Of a DNA stretch of 64,000 nucleotides, positions 1-9,368 are shown piece after piece. The stretch lies in contig JAAZEL010000050.1 in the NCBI GenBank assembly GCA_012512325.1, positions 337 through 64,336 of the forward strand, in the 5' to 3' direction. Each line of letters starts with the position of its first letter. The first letter of the stretch is position 1. A program made the position numbers and the translations under genes. Below the pieces are notes generated by a model. It was not told the origin of the DNA. It saw nothing but the letters and a program-made list of their open reading frames with translations, and did no database searches. The stretch is from Candidatus Fermentithermobacillaceae bacterium (lineage in GTDB: Bacteria; Bacillota; Sulfobacillia; Fermentithermobacillales; Fermentithermobacillaceae).

Positions 1-462
1 AGTAACCAACAGTCGGACAACTCCACACGTCTCAGGTATAGCCCTTCGCTCTCGCAGAATGTGTCCAAGATACCCCTCCTAAGCAGGCTCATAGATCCGG
101 TTCGCCCTCATCCTTCCGCCTCTTTCTCGCGACAGCCACGTTAATCCTGCCGAAGCATAGGGCGCTTCACTCTCGGAAGGTGATTCCGGTATTGGCATAC
201 ACTGGCTAGTGGAACACAGATACCATATAATACATACTGTGATGGATTTCGGTATCAGTCTGTCTATGAATAGACGCATCCGCATCTGAACAAGCGCTCC
301 AGCAAGTATGGCAGCACGGACACGGACCCCGTAATCAGGTACTTAACCCCAAGAGTAGCACGGATGGAAGTGAGGATGGGATCGCTCTCAGAACACATGA
401 ACCGGCCAAAGGGCGAGTAGTAAGCCAACAAACGGAAACCTGTGTGAATGTCGGCTTAACAT

Positions 463-2328
463 GTGTTGTTACTGCTGGAGGTTGGGGTTTTCAGAGCCGA
501 ACTAACGGATGCTGTAAGACATGTGACTTGGGGAATCAGAAAACTGCCACTTCCTATGGCAGTTTACACCCTTCTATTTGCTTTGAACGCAGTCATCCCA
601 AGCGTGATCGTGGTTCTGTTTGCCGGTTTCGTCGACAGAGCCATAGAGTGTTTCAAACTCGGCTTTGACGCGAGGCAGGTCATCCTGGAGTTGGGCTTGA
701 TTGCAGGCTGTATGGTGCTTTCCGCCCTGGTAGTCGCGGGCGCAAGGCTTGTCGGCATAAGGATACATAACCGGCTGGAGATATCTGTGCTGTCGGAAAT
801 AAACGACAAACTTGAGAAACTCAAGTATTCCGATTTGGAAGATGAAGCAACTCAGTCCCTGCTTCAAAGGATAGGACAAGACCCTGTTGGTAAACTCCTC
901 AACGGCGTAAACAACAGCCTGAAGATTATTTCCCATCTGATTGAGGTGGTTGGATTTGCTGTCGTAATGATCGGCTACACCTGGTATGTGGGAGGGGCGA
1001 CAGTGCTTATTGCCATCCCGGTATTGAGACAAGCCTACAAGAGCGGGGTGTACGAATATCAGGTTTTTGAAAAAGCCCAGGAACACAAGAGAAAGATCGA
1101 TTACTACGAGGATGTGCTGACGCCGCGACCCTACTCAGCCGAAAGGAAACTGTTTTCCTTCAGCCCCTTTATCGCGGAAAAGTGGAAAGCCGAATACGAC
1201 AAATGCGTTGAGCTCAACGACGAAGGTCAGAAGAGAATATCCAGGAATACTGGGATATCAGGTGCGGCTACTAATCTTGTGCCACTGCTTTCTGGATTGC
1301 TTCTGCTGGTTCCCCTCTCAAGAGGGAGCATCTCCGCAGGGGTTTTCGTGAGTCTACTTGCTACTTCCTTCGCGCTAATCAAAAAGATCACAGTTGAGCT
1401 CTACTGGTCAATCAGTGATTTCGCACAGTATCACGAGTTTTACGCAGACTACATCTCGTTTCTCCGGCTTGGGGACGAGAACACGAAAACCCGCTCTACC
1501 TACGATAGACCTGCGGCCGGCGGTGAGCATGCTATGAAAACCGCAAGCGCTTCTGAGAGTATCCCTGATTTCAGTGTAATCGAAATGAGGAACGTGAGTT
1601 TCAGGTATCCGGGTTCCGACAGGAAGGTATTGGACAACCTCAATTTGAGATCCGAAAAGGGAGAAAGGTACGCTCTAGTCGGCGAAAACGGGTCAGGGAA
1701 AACCACATCGTGAAACTGCTGCTTGGACCGTATGACAGCTACGAGGGCGAGATCTTGATTGACGGAGTTGAACTAAGACAGATCGCCCCGGTTTCACATC
1801 TCTTCTGTGTCGCCTTCCAGGACTTTCACAAGTACGAGATCAGGTTTAGAGATTTTCAGTTTCGGGCGCGGTAGTCTCAATCCCGATAGAGCTATAGGCG
1901 TTTTGCAGAGTCTGGGAATTGACCCTGAGATCTTGAGCCGCAATCCCTACCTGGGAAGAGTCCATCGGTCAAGCCTCGAACTGTCTGAAGGACAATGGCA
2001 AAAGCTGCTCCTTGCCCGGGTTCTCCTGGATGAATCACCCTTCAAGATCCTGGATGAGCCGACTGCATCGATAGACCCATTGCAGGAAGCCAGGCTGTAC
2101 AGCTATTTCGACTCAATGCCAGGGGATTTCACGTCTTTGATGATTACCCACAGGCTTGGAGCGGTCATAAACGTCAACAACATCCTCGTTTTGGCAGACG
2201 ACAGAATCGCAGAAACCGGGTCACACCGTGAACTCATAAAGAGAGACGGAAGATACGCCAGGATGTTCAACGCCCAAAAGAGGTGGTACGGTGACCAAGG
2301 AGGATGGCAACCTCAGTATCTTCCTTAG
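463..2328 (+). pseudogene. Fused ABC exporter (transmembrane domain + ATPase), interrupted by two frameshifts. The coding sequence runs across three ORF pieces: 463..1713, a piece at about 1708..1872 in a second frame, and 1807..2328.
   Basis: The 416-aa ORF has six predicted TM helices, then a Walker A motif (GENGSGKTT) ending in a premature stop. The next frame continues IVKLLLG...VAFQDFHKYEI. The third frame gives LSEGQWQKLLLARVLLDESPFKILDEPTASID, a degenerate ABC signature plus Walker B, and then the H-loop (ITHRLGAV). At least a -1 shift near 1706 and a second shift near 1840-1870. Confidence 0.7.
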
Positions 2329-2938
2329 ACTCGTCAGGGAGCTTTCTTCGATAAGTCCGCGCATGTTTTGGCTTATGTATTTCTGCTTCGCCGCAGACGG
2401 ATTGGTATTCACCTTGCTTGTCGGCATCAAAGAGAGAGTGTTTGATTCTGCGATAGGGTTCTACGTTGAACGCGCCGATTTGGCTCAAACGGTTTTCTGC
2501 ACCGTGGCCATGTTCACCCTTTACGTCCTGAGCAGTGTTCTTAATGCCTTGGGCAACTGCTGCGCCGAGGTTTACGACGTCAAGGCAATCCGGTACATGC
2601 ACCAGAAGATAGCCGAGAAGTCCGGAAGGATTCCCGCTGTTCAATACGAAGACCCGGTGTTTCTTGATAGGGTGGAGAAGGCGTATTCCGGGGCAAATGC
2701 AGGGATGGCATATCTGAACAGTGTCATGGACCTGGTCTTCATGTACAGCCTTTTTGTCGCCTTCATGGCCATCTACTTGTGGAGCAAACAACCGGTGTTG
2801 GTACTGATAATCTTCCTGATCTTCTGGAGCAAACAACCGGTGTTGGTACTGATAATCTTCCTGATCTTCCTTCCGACTGTCTACGCCCAGCAGGTGAAGA
2901 GGAAAAGATACCGAAAGCTCGAACAAAAAAACGTGTAA
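2291..2938 (+). pseudogene. Second ABC exporter transmembrane domain, truncated: only about 215 aa of the N-terminal membrane domain remain and there is no ATPase domain.
   Basis: N-terminal ABC_membrane-like TM helices. Start overlaps the end of the upstream ABC gene, as in paired heterodimeric ABC exporters. Ends at 2938 with no nucleotide-binding domain. Contains an internal perfect 45-bp tandem duplication. Confidence 0.55.
2780..2869 (+). repeat. Perfect 45-bp tandem duplication, two copies. It is in frame and adds 15 aa (WSKQPVLVLIIFLIF) to a TM helix of the truncated ABC gene.
   Basis: Read directly: tggagcaaacaaccggtgttggtactgataatcttcctgatcttc at 2780-2824 and again at 2825-2869. 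Confidence 0.95.
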
Positions 2939-3183
2939 GGGATTGATGGAGGGCATACTGGCAGGCCATCTTGACGATGCGTATTTGATATCAAAGATAG
3001 GCCGCGAGTCCCTATTGCGCTCAGGTAGAGAAAGGTAAGGGCTCACGCGATACGCATTCTTGCCATCCCGCGCCTTGCGCGCAGAAGACTACTTGCTCTT
3101 GTGAGCGCATGCTACGCTTCGCGTCCTAAACGGATTGGATGGCACTCAACATACCTGCTGGGAAGGAGTATCACAAAATAAAC

Positions 3184-3259
3184 TGGTGGAGCCGACGGGA
3201 GTCGAACCCACGACCTCCTGAATGCCATTCAGGCGCTCTCCCAACTGAGCTACGGCCCC
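3184..3259 (-). tRNA. tRNA-Ala (anticodon GGC)
   Basis: The reverse complement folds as a cloverleaf. Acceptor stem GGGGCCG/CGGCTCC with the Ala-identity G3:U70 pair. Anticodon loop AUGGCAU gives anticodon GGC. T-loop GGTTCGACTCC. Encoded 3' CCA. Confidence 0.85.
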
Positions 3260-3340
3260 ACCTACATCCTATATCATACAGCTTTTTCGTCGGAAGTCAA
3301 GTTTACCAGCAACGAACCGCCACAAGCCTACATACTGAAC

Positions 3341-3847
3341 TTAGTCCTTATCTGGGTCTTCATCTGACGAGCCTGCATCGGCAGGGCCATGGGCATCTTC
3401 GTTTGAAATATCTGTGCCTGCACCGGCAGTGGCACCGCCCGTGCGCCTCTCCGGTTCGAAGTCGACCTGAGGCGCATCGCCCCACAACCGCTCCAGGCCG
3501 TAGAAACCCCTCTCTTCTTCCCTGAAAACGTGCACTACCACATCGCCGTAATCCAGAAGCACCCAGTGCCCAAGCCCATAGCCCTCCACATGCATGGGCT
3601 TTCTCGTGATATCCTCTGAGTAGACAACCCTGTCGGCAAGGGCTTGCACGTGCCTGGGGTTTGACCCTGACGCTATGACGAAGAAGTCAGCAATGAGGGT
3701 AATGTCGCCCACATCCAAAATTACAACATCCGAGCCTTTTCCATCATATAGAGACCTGGCCGCCTTAACAGCTAAGTTCCTGGCTTCCTTTTTCCCGATG
3801 CCTGCATGTTGGTTCAGTTCCACGACCGGCGTATCTATAAAAACCAA
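3341..3847 (-). CDS. rsfS: Ribosome silencing factor RsfS (Iojap family) with an acidic low-complexity C-terminal tail
   Basis: Motifs DVVILDV, ADFFVIASGSN-RHVQALAD, DYGDVVVHVF and LWG. Conserved position downstream of nadD-yqeK-lytR. Confidence 0.8.
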   Translation of the reverse strand: MVFIDTPVVELNQHAGIGKKEARNLAVKAARSLYDGKGSDVVILDVGDITLIADFFVIASGSNPRHVQALADRVVYSEDITRKPMHVEGYGLGHWVLLDYGDVVVHVFREEERGFYGLERLWGDAPQVDFEPERRTGGATAGAGTDISNEDAHGPADAGSSDEDPDKD

Positions 3848-3878
3848 TCCTCCCGTATTGCTCTGTATTTATCGTCTT

Positions 3879-5249
3879 CTATCTCGGCATTCTAAAGTCT
3901 TTCCCGATGATAACCAAAACATCTGACTCCTCGGGGATTTGGTCAGATGTGTACCCCTTTGCTTCAACTCCGGCTATTCTCATACTCTTCAAGAGCTCCG
4001 TCTGGACATCCTGCTTGGCCTTGGGAGCCAGTACCTTTGTTTCATCATAATCGAAGTTGTCTGCATTGCCAACGCTGACTACGTTGAAACCGTAGCTCCG
4101 CAGAATAGAGGCGATGTAGTCGGCAGCGCCGGGAATACCGCATCCGTTTTGCACCGCCACCCTGACCTCCGCGTTCCTTTCCCGGTCTATACCCCTTATG
4201 ATCTCATCCACAGTTTGGGCCGCTTTCTCGGAATCCACCAGCCAGTAGCTTATATCACCTATATAACCTGCTTCACCAGGCAGAATCGCCCACTTGACAT
4301 CATCCAGCTTCACGCCAAGTCCGACAGAAGCCAGGTACATGATCTCGTCATTAGCCATATCTGTGAGCACATACGGCAACATATCGCCTATTAGGCTCGG
4401 CAGCTTTGCAACGGTGCTGATTCTCAGGGCTTTGTCGGCAAGGGCCTTCAAGAACTGTTGCTGAGCCTTAATCCTGCCTATGTCACCGTCTACATATTCC
4501 CGGAAACGCACAAACTTGAGGGCGTCTTCGCCGTATAGGGTTTGGGGGCCCGGCTCAAGATGGATGTACAGATCTTGTTCGGGATCCTCGTAATCCATTC
4601 CCGGGGGTACATCCACTTCCACTCCGCCCAACCGGTCAATCACTTTCTTGAAACCTTCGAAGTCGATCCGAATATAGCGGTGAATCTCCACATCAAGAAA
4701 ATCTGACAGCGCTTCAACGACGAGTGCAGGGCCGCCGTAGGCATGGGCATGTCCTGCCTTCTCAAGGTCGTTCACCTTGGGTATGAACACTCTGGTATCT
4801 CTGGGAACAGCCAGCACTCCTACCTTCTTGGTATCAACGTCGACACTGACGATCATCATGACGTCGGAACGGGTACCTGTCCTATGGGACTTAAGAGGCT
4901 GGCCGTTAACGCCGCCGTCAATCCCTATTACCAAGACATTCATCCTTGAGGTGGATTCATTGACGAGAGGAAGTTCGCTGCTAGGAGGATATCCCTTTGA
5001 GTATCCCTTAAGATACGTATACATGCCGACCCCCATGCCTATCACAAACAGGACTATGCCCAGGGCAATCATGCCCACAAGCTTGCCCCAGTTCCTTGTC
5101 ATAGGCTTGGGTGCGGTTTCCTGTCTCTTATATATCCTTGTCTCGCCAAGTCCGGGATCAAATTCAGCATCACGCCTGTGTCTTCGCGTTCTCATTGAAT
5201 ACCACCACCGTTTCTGTATCCACAATCCAGCCTCGGCTTTGGGCTGCAT
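3879..5249 (-). CDS. LytR-CpsA-Psr (LCP) family cell-envelope attachment protein. The true start is probably an internal Met near 5195 or 5102.
   Basis: N-terminal TM helix. LCP catalytic-domain motifs (NVLVIGIDGG, SDVMMIVSVD, LAVPRDTRV, IDFEGFKKVIDRLGGVEVDV). C-terminal LytR_C-like region. The annotated start overlaps yqeK by about 80 nt. Confidence 0.8.
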   Translation of the reverse strand: MQPKAEAGLWIQKRWWYSMRTRRHRRDAEFDPGLGETRIYKRQETAPKPMTRNWGKLVGMIALGIVLFVIGMGVGMYTYLKGYSKGYPPSSELPLVNESTSRMNVLVIGIDGGVNGQPLKSHRTGTRSDVMMIVSVDVDTKKVGVLAVPRDTRVFIPKVNDLEKAGHAHAYGGPALVVEALSDFLDVEIHRYIRIDFEGFKKVIDRLGGVEVDVPPGMDYEDPEQDLYIHLEPGPQTLYGEDALKFVRFREYVDGDIGRIKAQQQFLKALADKALRISTVAKLPSLIGDMLPYVLTDMANDEIMYLASVGLGVKLDDVKWAILPGEAGYIGDISYWLVDSEKAAQTVDEIIRGIDRERNAEVRVAVQNGCGIPGAADYIASILRSYGFNVVSVGNADNFDYDETKVLAPKAKQDVQTELLKSMRIAGVEAKGYTSDQIPEESDVLVIIGKDFRMPR

Positions 5250-5742
5250 AGACTATAGCGTTACGCAAACATTCCAACAGGGCGCGTTCAAACTCGCCTT
5301 CTTCCAACAGTCCGCGGACAAGGCCGGCGCCCGGATAAGCCCTGGTAGGCTCGACTTTATCCGCAATATACAGGATCTGCTCCAGCTTGGTCCAACGGCG
5401 CCTGCCAACTACGTGGGAAGCAATCGCGTTGAGAACACCCTTGTCCTTTATTCCAAGCTCCTTTTGAACAATAGACACTGCCACTTTCCCGTGTAAGAGA
5501 AGTGGACAAGTTTTTTCTTCTTTTCTAAGTATTATACCTTGTTTCCTCGCATACAGTAAAAGGGAGCCGGCAGGCAATTCCCGGGCAACATCATGCAAAA
5601 GCCCAGCCAAGTAAACCCTTTCAGGATCCACGCCGTATTGCCGGCCTAGAGCATGGCCGTACTCCGCAGCGCTCAGGCTGTGCTCAAACCTGCCCTCACT
5701 GAGCCTGGCCCTGGCAAACTCAAAGGCCCGTCTGTAAATCAA
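5170..5742 (-). CDS. yqeK: HD-domain protein YqeK (bis(5'-nucleosyl)-tetraphosphatase family)
   Basis: HD motif (LLHDVARE). Conserved YqeK-like length. Position in the obg-nadD-yqeK-lytR-rsfS block. Confidence 0.8.
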   Translation of the reverse strand: MIYRRAFEFARARLSEGRFEHSLSAAEYGHALGRQYGVDPERVYLAGLLHDVARELPAGSLLLYARKQGIILRKEEKTCPLLLHGKVAVSIVQKELGIKDKGVLNAIASHVVGRRRWTKLEQILYIADKVEPTRAYPGAGLVRGLLEEGEFERALLECLRNAIVYAAQSRGWIVDTETVVVFNENAKTQA

Positions 5743-5934
5743 GTTTCAACCCAACCTTTGGAAGGCGTCTGTTCTCCGATTGTTCGACGTAAACATAAAC
5801 ACCAAGGTTTCAACGGCAGATATGGTATCGGCGGATGCTTAGACCTCAAGAGGCGACGGTTTCAACGGTTTGGCAGTGGGTGCTTAACCGTCTCTCAAGC
5901 GGTTCCTCAAAAAGGATGTTGCCTCCAAATCCCC

Positions 5935-5966
5935 AGGATGCGGTACATCACAGGATGCGGTACATC
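5935..5966. repeat. Direct repeat of a 15-mer, aggatgcggtacatc, two copies 2 nt apart, in the spacer between the RRM gene and yqeK
   Basis: Read directly at 5935-5949 and 5952-5966. A gaatgaa/ttcattc inverted repeat at about 6001-6045 overlaps the RRM gene stop. Confidence 0.6.
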
Positions 5967-6007
5967 CAAAAAGATGAGGAGGCAAAACATTCCCTGACCG
6001 AATGAAC

Positions 6008-6262
6008 CTAGGACCTAGGCTGACGGGGCCTGGCTTCATTCACCACTATTTGACGTCCACCCAGCATGATCCCGTTGACTGCCTCAATAGCCCTTTGGAC
6101 ATCAGCCTCAGCTACCTCGACGAAGCCAAAGCCTCTCGACCTGCCGGTATCTCTGTCAGTGATGATCCTGCAGCTTTTTACCTCAACAAACGGGCCAAAA
6201 GCGGCTGACAGCTCTTCACTGGTAGTGGACCAGGGCAAATTCCCTACATACAAGGTCTTCAT
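6008..6262 (-). CDS. Small RNA-binding protein with a single RRM domain
   Basis: RNP2 (LYVGNL) and RNP1 (RGFGFVEV) motifs in an 84-aa protein. Glycine-poor short C-tail. Confidence 0.85.
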   Translation of the reverse strand: MKTLYVGNLPWSTTSEELSAAFGPFVEVKSCRIITDRDTGRSRGFGFVEVAEADVQRAIEAVNGIMLGGRQIVVNEARPRQPRS

Positions 6263-6330
6263 AAGTACACCTCCCCCTAATTCTGGATTAAGCCGATCTT
6301 CTACAAGCTGACCATACTCCTACGGAACTG

Positions 6331-6957
6331 CTAACCCATGTCGCCAGCGGTCGCGGAATAAAGCCCATGCTTTTCTATATACAAACGCACAGGTTCAGGG
6401 ACCAGGTACCTGATGGACTCACCTTCTCTTACCCTGCGCCTTATCTCCCTTGATGCAATCGCCAACAATGTTACCGGAAACGGGTGAACCTTTGAGAAAC
6501 ACTCAGGTCCGAGAAACTTCTCCAGGGTGAGGAAAGCTTCCACGCTGTAACCCGGCCTGGTGACCGCAATGAAATCAGCCAAATCAAACAGCTGCTTGTA
6601 CCCGTTCCAGGTATGGACTTCCAGAATTGCATCAAAACCGGTTATGAAATAGAGTTTCTTGTCCTTGCAGATGGTCTGTTTCAACTCACGCAGGGTATCC
6701 AGAGTGTAAGAAGGGCCTTCCCGCTGTATTTCAACTGGTGATACATCGAACCGTGGATGATCCGCCGTAGCAAGTTTGGCCATCATGTAGCGATGTTCAG
6801 GGGAGGTAACCTCAGAAAGGGGTTTGTGGGGCGGCATACCTGCCGGGACAAAGATAACGCGCTCAAGCCCGAAACCTTGTAAAACCTCTTCGGCAGCCCT
6901 GAGATGCCCAAAATGAATCGGATCAAACGTCCCGCCCATCACACCAATCGCAGTCAC
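6331..6957 (-). CDS. nadD: Nicotinate-nucleotide adenylyltransferase
   Basis: N-terminal GGTFDPIHFGH (the HxGH motif). NadD length and architecture. Conserved placement after obg. Confidence 0.9.
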   Translation of the reverse strand: MTAIGVMGGTFDPIHFGHLRAAEEVLQGFGLERVIFVPAGMPPHKPLSEVTSPEHRYMMAKLATADHPRFDVSPVEIQREGPSYTLDTLRELKQTICKDKKLYFITGFDAILEVHTWNGYKQLFDLADFIAVTRPGYSVEAFLTLEKFLGPECFSKVHPFPVTLLAIASREIRRRVREGESIRYLVPEPVRLYIEKHGLYSATAGDMG

Positions 6958-7073
6958 CCAAACGCCTCCAAGACCCAGGAACCCTGAAAATCAGACTTCA
7001 CAGTTTGATTGTTGCCTCTACCGATTCTCCGTCTATTCTCTGTGTATTCGCTGTTCCTGTCAAGAATCCTTCT

Positions 7074-8132
7074 TTAGCTTTGTACTGCCGCCAACGCATG
7101 GCGTATCCCTTGGATAAGATCGTCCAAGCCCACCATCTGAGCGGCTGAAATCAAGTACACCGGCTTTCCGGCAATCCGTTCCATCTCAGCCCTTAGCTCC
7201 TGAAGGGCTTCGGCCGAATCCACTAAGTCAATCTTGTTTATGGCCACCAGGGATTGCTTCTGCTTCATCTGTTCGCTGTATGCGAGCACTTCACGCCGCA
7301 CAGCCACAAAGTCAGCTACAGGCCCTCCACCCGGTCCAGCTTGGCCTCCGGTGCTTCCATCTACAACATATAGTAGTACCGCGGTCCTTTCTATGTGCCT
7401 CAGAAACTCAAAACCCGATCCTCTACCTTCGCTGGCTCCTTCTATTAAACCCGGTATATCGGCAACCACGAACCTTTCACCCTCGCCCACCTCTGCCACA
7501 CCCAGGTGGGGGGTGAGGGTTGTAAACGGATATGGAGCCACCTCGGGCCTTGCCCTGGAAACAGCCCTTAACAGGGTAGACTTGCCCGCATTGGGTAAAC
7601 CCACCAGGCCTACATCAGCTATTGATTTTAGCTCCAGCTGGATGGTACGTTCTTGGCCTGGACTCCCTTCTTCGAACTTCCTGGGAGCCCTGTTCTTGGC
7701 CGTGGCAAACCTGGCGTTACCCCTGCCTCCTTTGCCTCCTTTGGCAACTACTACTTCCTGCCCATCATGGATAAGATCAGTAATCATCTCTCCCGTATCT
7801 GCGTCGTACATCACTGTCCCGGGAGGGACCTTAACTATCAGGTCTTCTCCTCTCTTGCCGGCGCGCTTGTCGCCTTTTCCATGGCCGCCGTTGGCTGCTC
7901 TTAAGTGGGGCCTGTACTTGAAATCGATAAGGGTATTTAGGTCAGCGCTCACTTTGAACACAACATCCCCTCCGTCGCCCCCGTCGCCGCCGGCGGGGCC
8001 GCCGAAAGGAACATACTTCTCACGCCTGAAGGCGACACATCCACGTCCGCCGTCCCCAGCTCTTACATATACTTTGGCTCTGTCGATAAAGCGAGACGCC
8101 ACACCGCACCCCTTCCCTTTGCGAAACACCAA
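7074..8132 (-). CDS. obg: GTPase Obg/CgtA, short form without a C-terminal TGS/OCT domain. The true start is probably a few codons in, near FIDRAKVYV.
   Basis: Glycine-rich Obg fold (GGDGGDGGDVVF). G1 GLPNAGKST, G3 DIPGLIEGA, G4 NKID. Confidence 0.9.
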   Translation of the reverse strand: MVFRKGKGCGVASRFIDRAKVYVRAGDGGRGCVAFRREKYVPFGGPAGGDGGDGGDVVFKVSADLNTLIDFKYRPHLRAANGGHGKGDKRAGKRGEDLIVKVPPGTVMYDADTGEMITDLIHDGQEVVVAKGGKGGRGNARFATAKNRAPRKFEEGSPGQERTIQLELKSIADVGLVGLPNAGKSTLLRAVSRARPEVAPYPFTTLTPHLGVAEVGEGERFVVADIPGLIEGASEGRGSGFEFLRHIERTAVLLYVVDGSTGGQAGPGGGPVADFVAVRREVLAYSEQMKQKQSLVAINKIDLVDSAEALQELRAEMERIAGKPVYLISAAQMVGLDDLIQGIRHALAAVQS

Positions 8133-8208
8133 AAGCGGCGGGCATACCGCCGCTCATACTTGACTGCATCTGCGACTGTATGACTGTAATTGAAGGAACA
8201 CTTCGTTT

Positions 8209-8514
8209 TCAGTCATCGCCGGCTGAAACAGAAGCTTCGGCCACGGGAACCACAGACACAACCCTTCCGTTCTTGCCTCTGCGCTCGAAGGATACATACC
8301 CGTCCGCCATGGCAAACAGGGTATAGTCCTTCCCCATGCCTACATTGCGTCCCGGGTGTACCTTGGTACCCCTCTGGCGTATGATGATGTTGCCCATCCT
8401 GACAAACTGGCCGTCATAACGCTTCACGCCAAGCCGCTTGGAGTGGGAGTCCCGTCCGTTCCTGGAGCTTCCTACACCCTTCTTCTTTGCGAACAGTTGA
8501 AGGTCTATCGTCAT
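8209..8514 (-). CDS. rpmA: 50S ribosomal protein L27 with the Firmicute-type N-terminal propeptide
   Basis: [27 protein letters not shown]...[11 protein letters not shown] 9-aa extension MTIDLQLFA precedes the conserved AKKKG, matching the Prp cleavage substrate. Confidence 0.9.
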   Translation of the reverse strand: MTIDLQLFAKKKGVGSSRNGRDSHSKRLGVKRYDGQFVRMGNIIIRQRGTKVHPGRNVGMGKDYTLFAMADGYVSFERRGKNGRVVSVVPVAEASVSAGDD

Positions 8515-8593
8515 TCCAGCTCCCCTCCTTCCTTCATGCTACCCGTTTTAACGCACTTCCATCAGACAAACTTAAGCCCGCCTGGCGGATATC

Positions 8594-8959
8594 CTAATCC
8601 ACGCCTTGATATGTTACCTCAACGTAACCTGAATACGCCTTGGCGATGGATAATAGTCCAAGTTCCAGGGTTCTCAGGATCGCCCGAGGGGCATCTTCTG
8701 CGGCGTCTTCCGGAACAACACTGGCTTCCAGGTACCCAGGCTGCCTGCAATAACTCACTTGATTGCCAAGCACATCTTGCAGCCCTAAAAGTGCCCCCTG
8801 GGCCAACGCCGAAACCCCTGCGCACACTATATCTTGGCCGTGTTCTCCAAAACCTGCATGCCCCAGTACTTTGAACCCAACCAAGATACCGGCAGGAGTC
8901 CCCTTTGGATCCCCTGAACCCGGTTCACCATGCTTACGCAGTAACTGTACCTTCAGCAT
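8594..8959 (-). CDS. prp: Ribosomal-processing cysteine protease Prp (YsxB family)
   Basis: GHAGFGEHGQDIVCAGVSAL motif. Gene lies between rplU and rpmA. Confidence 0.8.
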   Translation of the reverse strand: MLKVQLLRKHGEPGSGDPKGTPAGILVGFKVLGHAGFGEHGQDIVCAGVSALAQGALLGLQDVLGNQVSYCRQPGYLEASVVPEDAAEDAPRAILRTLELGLLSIAKAYSGYVEVTYQGVD

Positions 8960-9269
8960 CGTGATTGATGGATTCGATTCTTATCTCCGTGAAATACTGC
9001 CTGTGCCCGTAACGCTTTCTGTAATTTGTCTTGGGCTTGTACTTAAACCCCAGTATTTTTCTGGCTCTGCCCTGGCGGACAATTTTTCCTTCCACGGTAG
9101 CCCCCGGAATGTAGGGCTTTCCCACTTTCGCGCTCTCGCCGTCTGAGATTACGAGCACCTTATCGAGCACACAACCGGTACCGCGCTCCCCTTCGATTTT
9201 TTCAACCCTGATGATCTTACCAGGGGACACCTTGTATTGCTTGCCGCCTGTCTCTATTATCGCATACAA
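8934..9269 (-). CDS. rplU: 50S ribosomal protein L21. Probable TTG start at about 9269; the long ORF starting at 9347 over-extends.
   Basis: LYAIIETGGKQYKVSPGKIIRVEKIEGE...KILGFKYKPKTNYRKRYGHRQYFTEIRI. A GGAGTAGGGG Shine-Dalgarno sits 10 nt before the TTG. Confidence 0.85.
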   Translation of the reverse strand: MYAIIETGGKQYKVSPGKIIRVEKIEGERGTGCVLDKVLVISDGESAKVGKPYIPGATVEGKIVRQGRARKILGFKYKPKTNYRKRYGHRQYFTEIRIESINHDAEGTVTA

Positions 9270-9368
9270 CTTTGGAAAACCCCCTACTCCAGCAAAGCAG
9301 TTACCGCTACAGTCTAGCACGGCTTTGAAAAGCATGTCAAGGAACACACACTTTCAGACAAACCGCGC

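Noticed and set aside
444-668. 74-aa ORF (MNVGLTCVVTAGGWGFQ...GCCKTCDLG) upstream of or overlapping the ABC gene, considered as a RiPP/bacteriocin precursor
   Set aside because: It overlaps the ABC gene's own N-terminal coding frame. It has no leader, double-glycine or core-peptide features and no Shine-Dalgarno. Most likely a spurious frame.
574-1086. Several antisense or alternative-frame ORFs inside confident genes (for example 574..1086, 2267..3046, 9757..10323, 13857..14351, 22615..23217, 28284..28967, 34623..35318, 51697..52689, 57532..58248, 62117..62917)
   Set aside because: Each lies wholly within a stronger, homology-supported gene on the other strand or frame. High GC content inflates the length of such spurious ORFs.
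7234-8163. 309-aa plus-strand ORF, Pro/Ser-rich, antisense to obg
   Set aside because: Entirely antisense to a well-supported obg gene. Its low-complexity composition comes from reading the Gly-rich Obg fold on the opposite strand.
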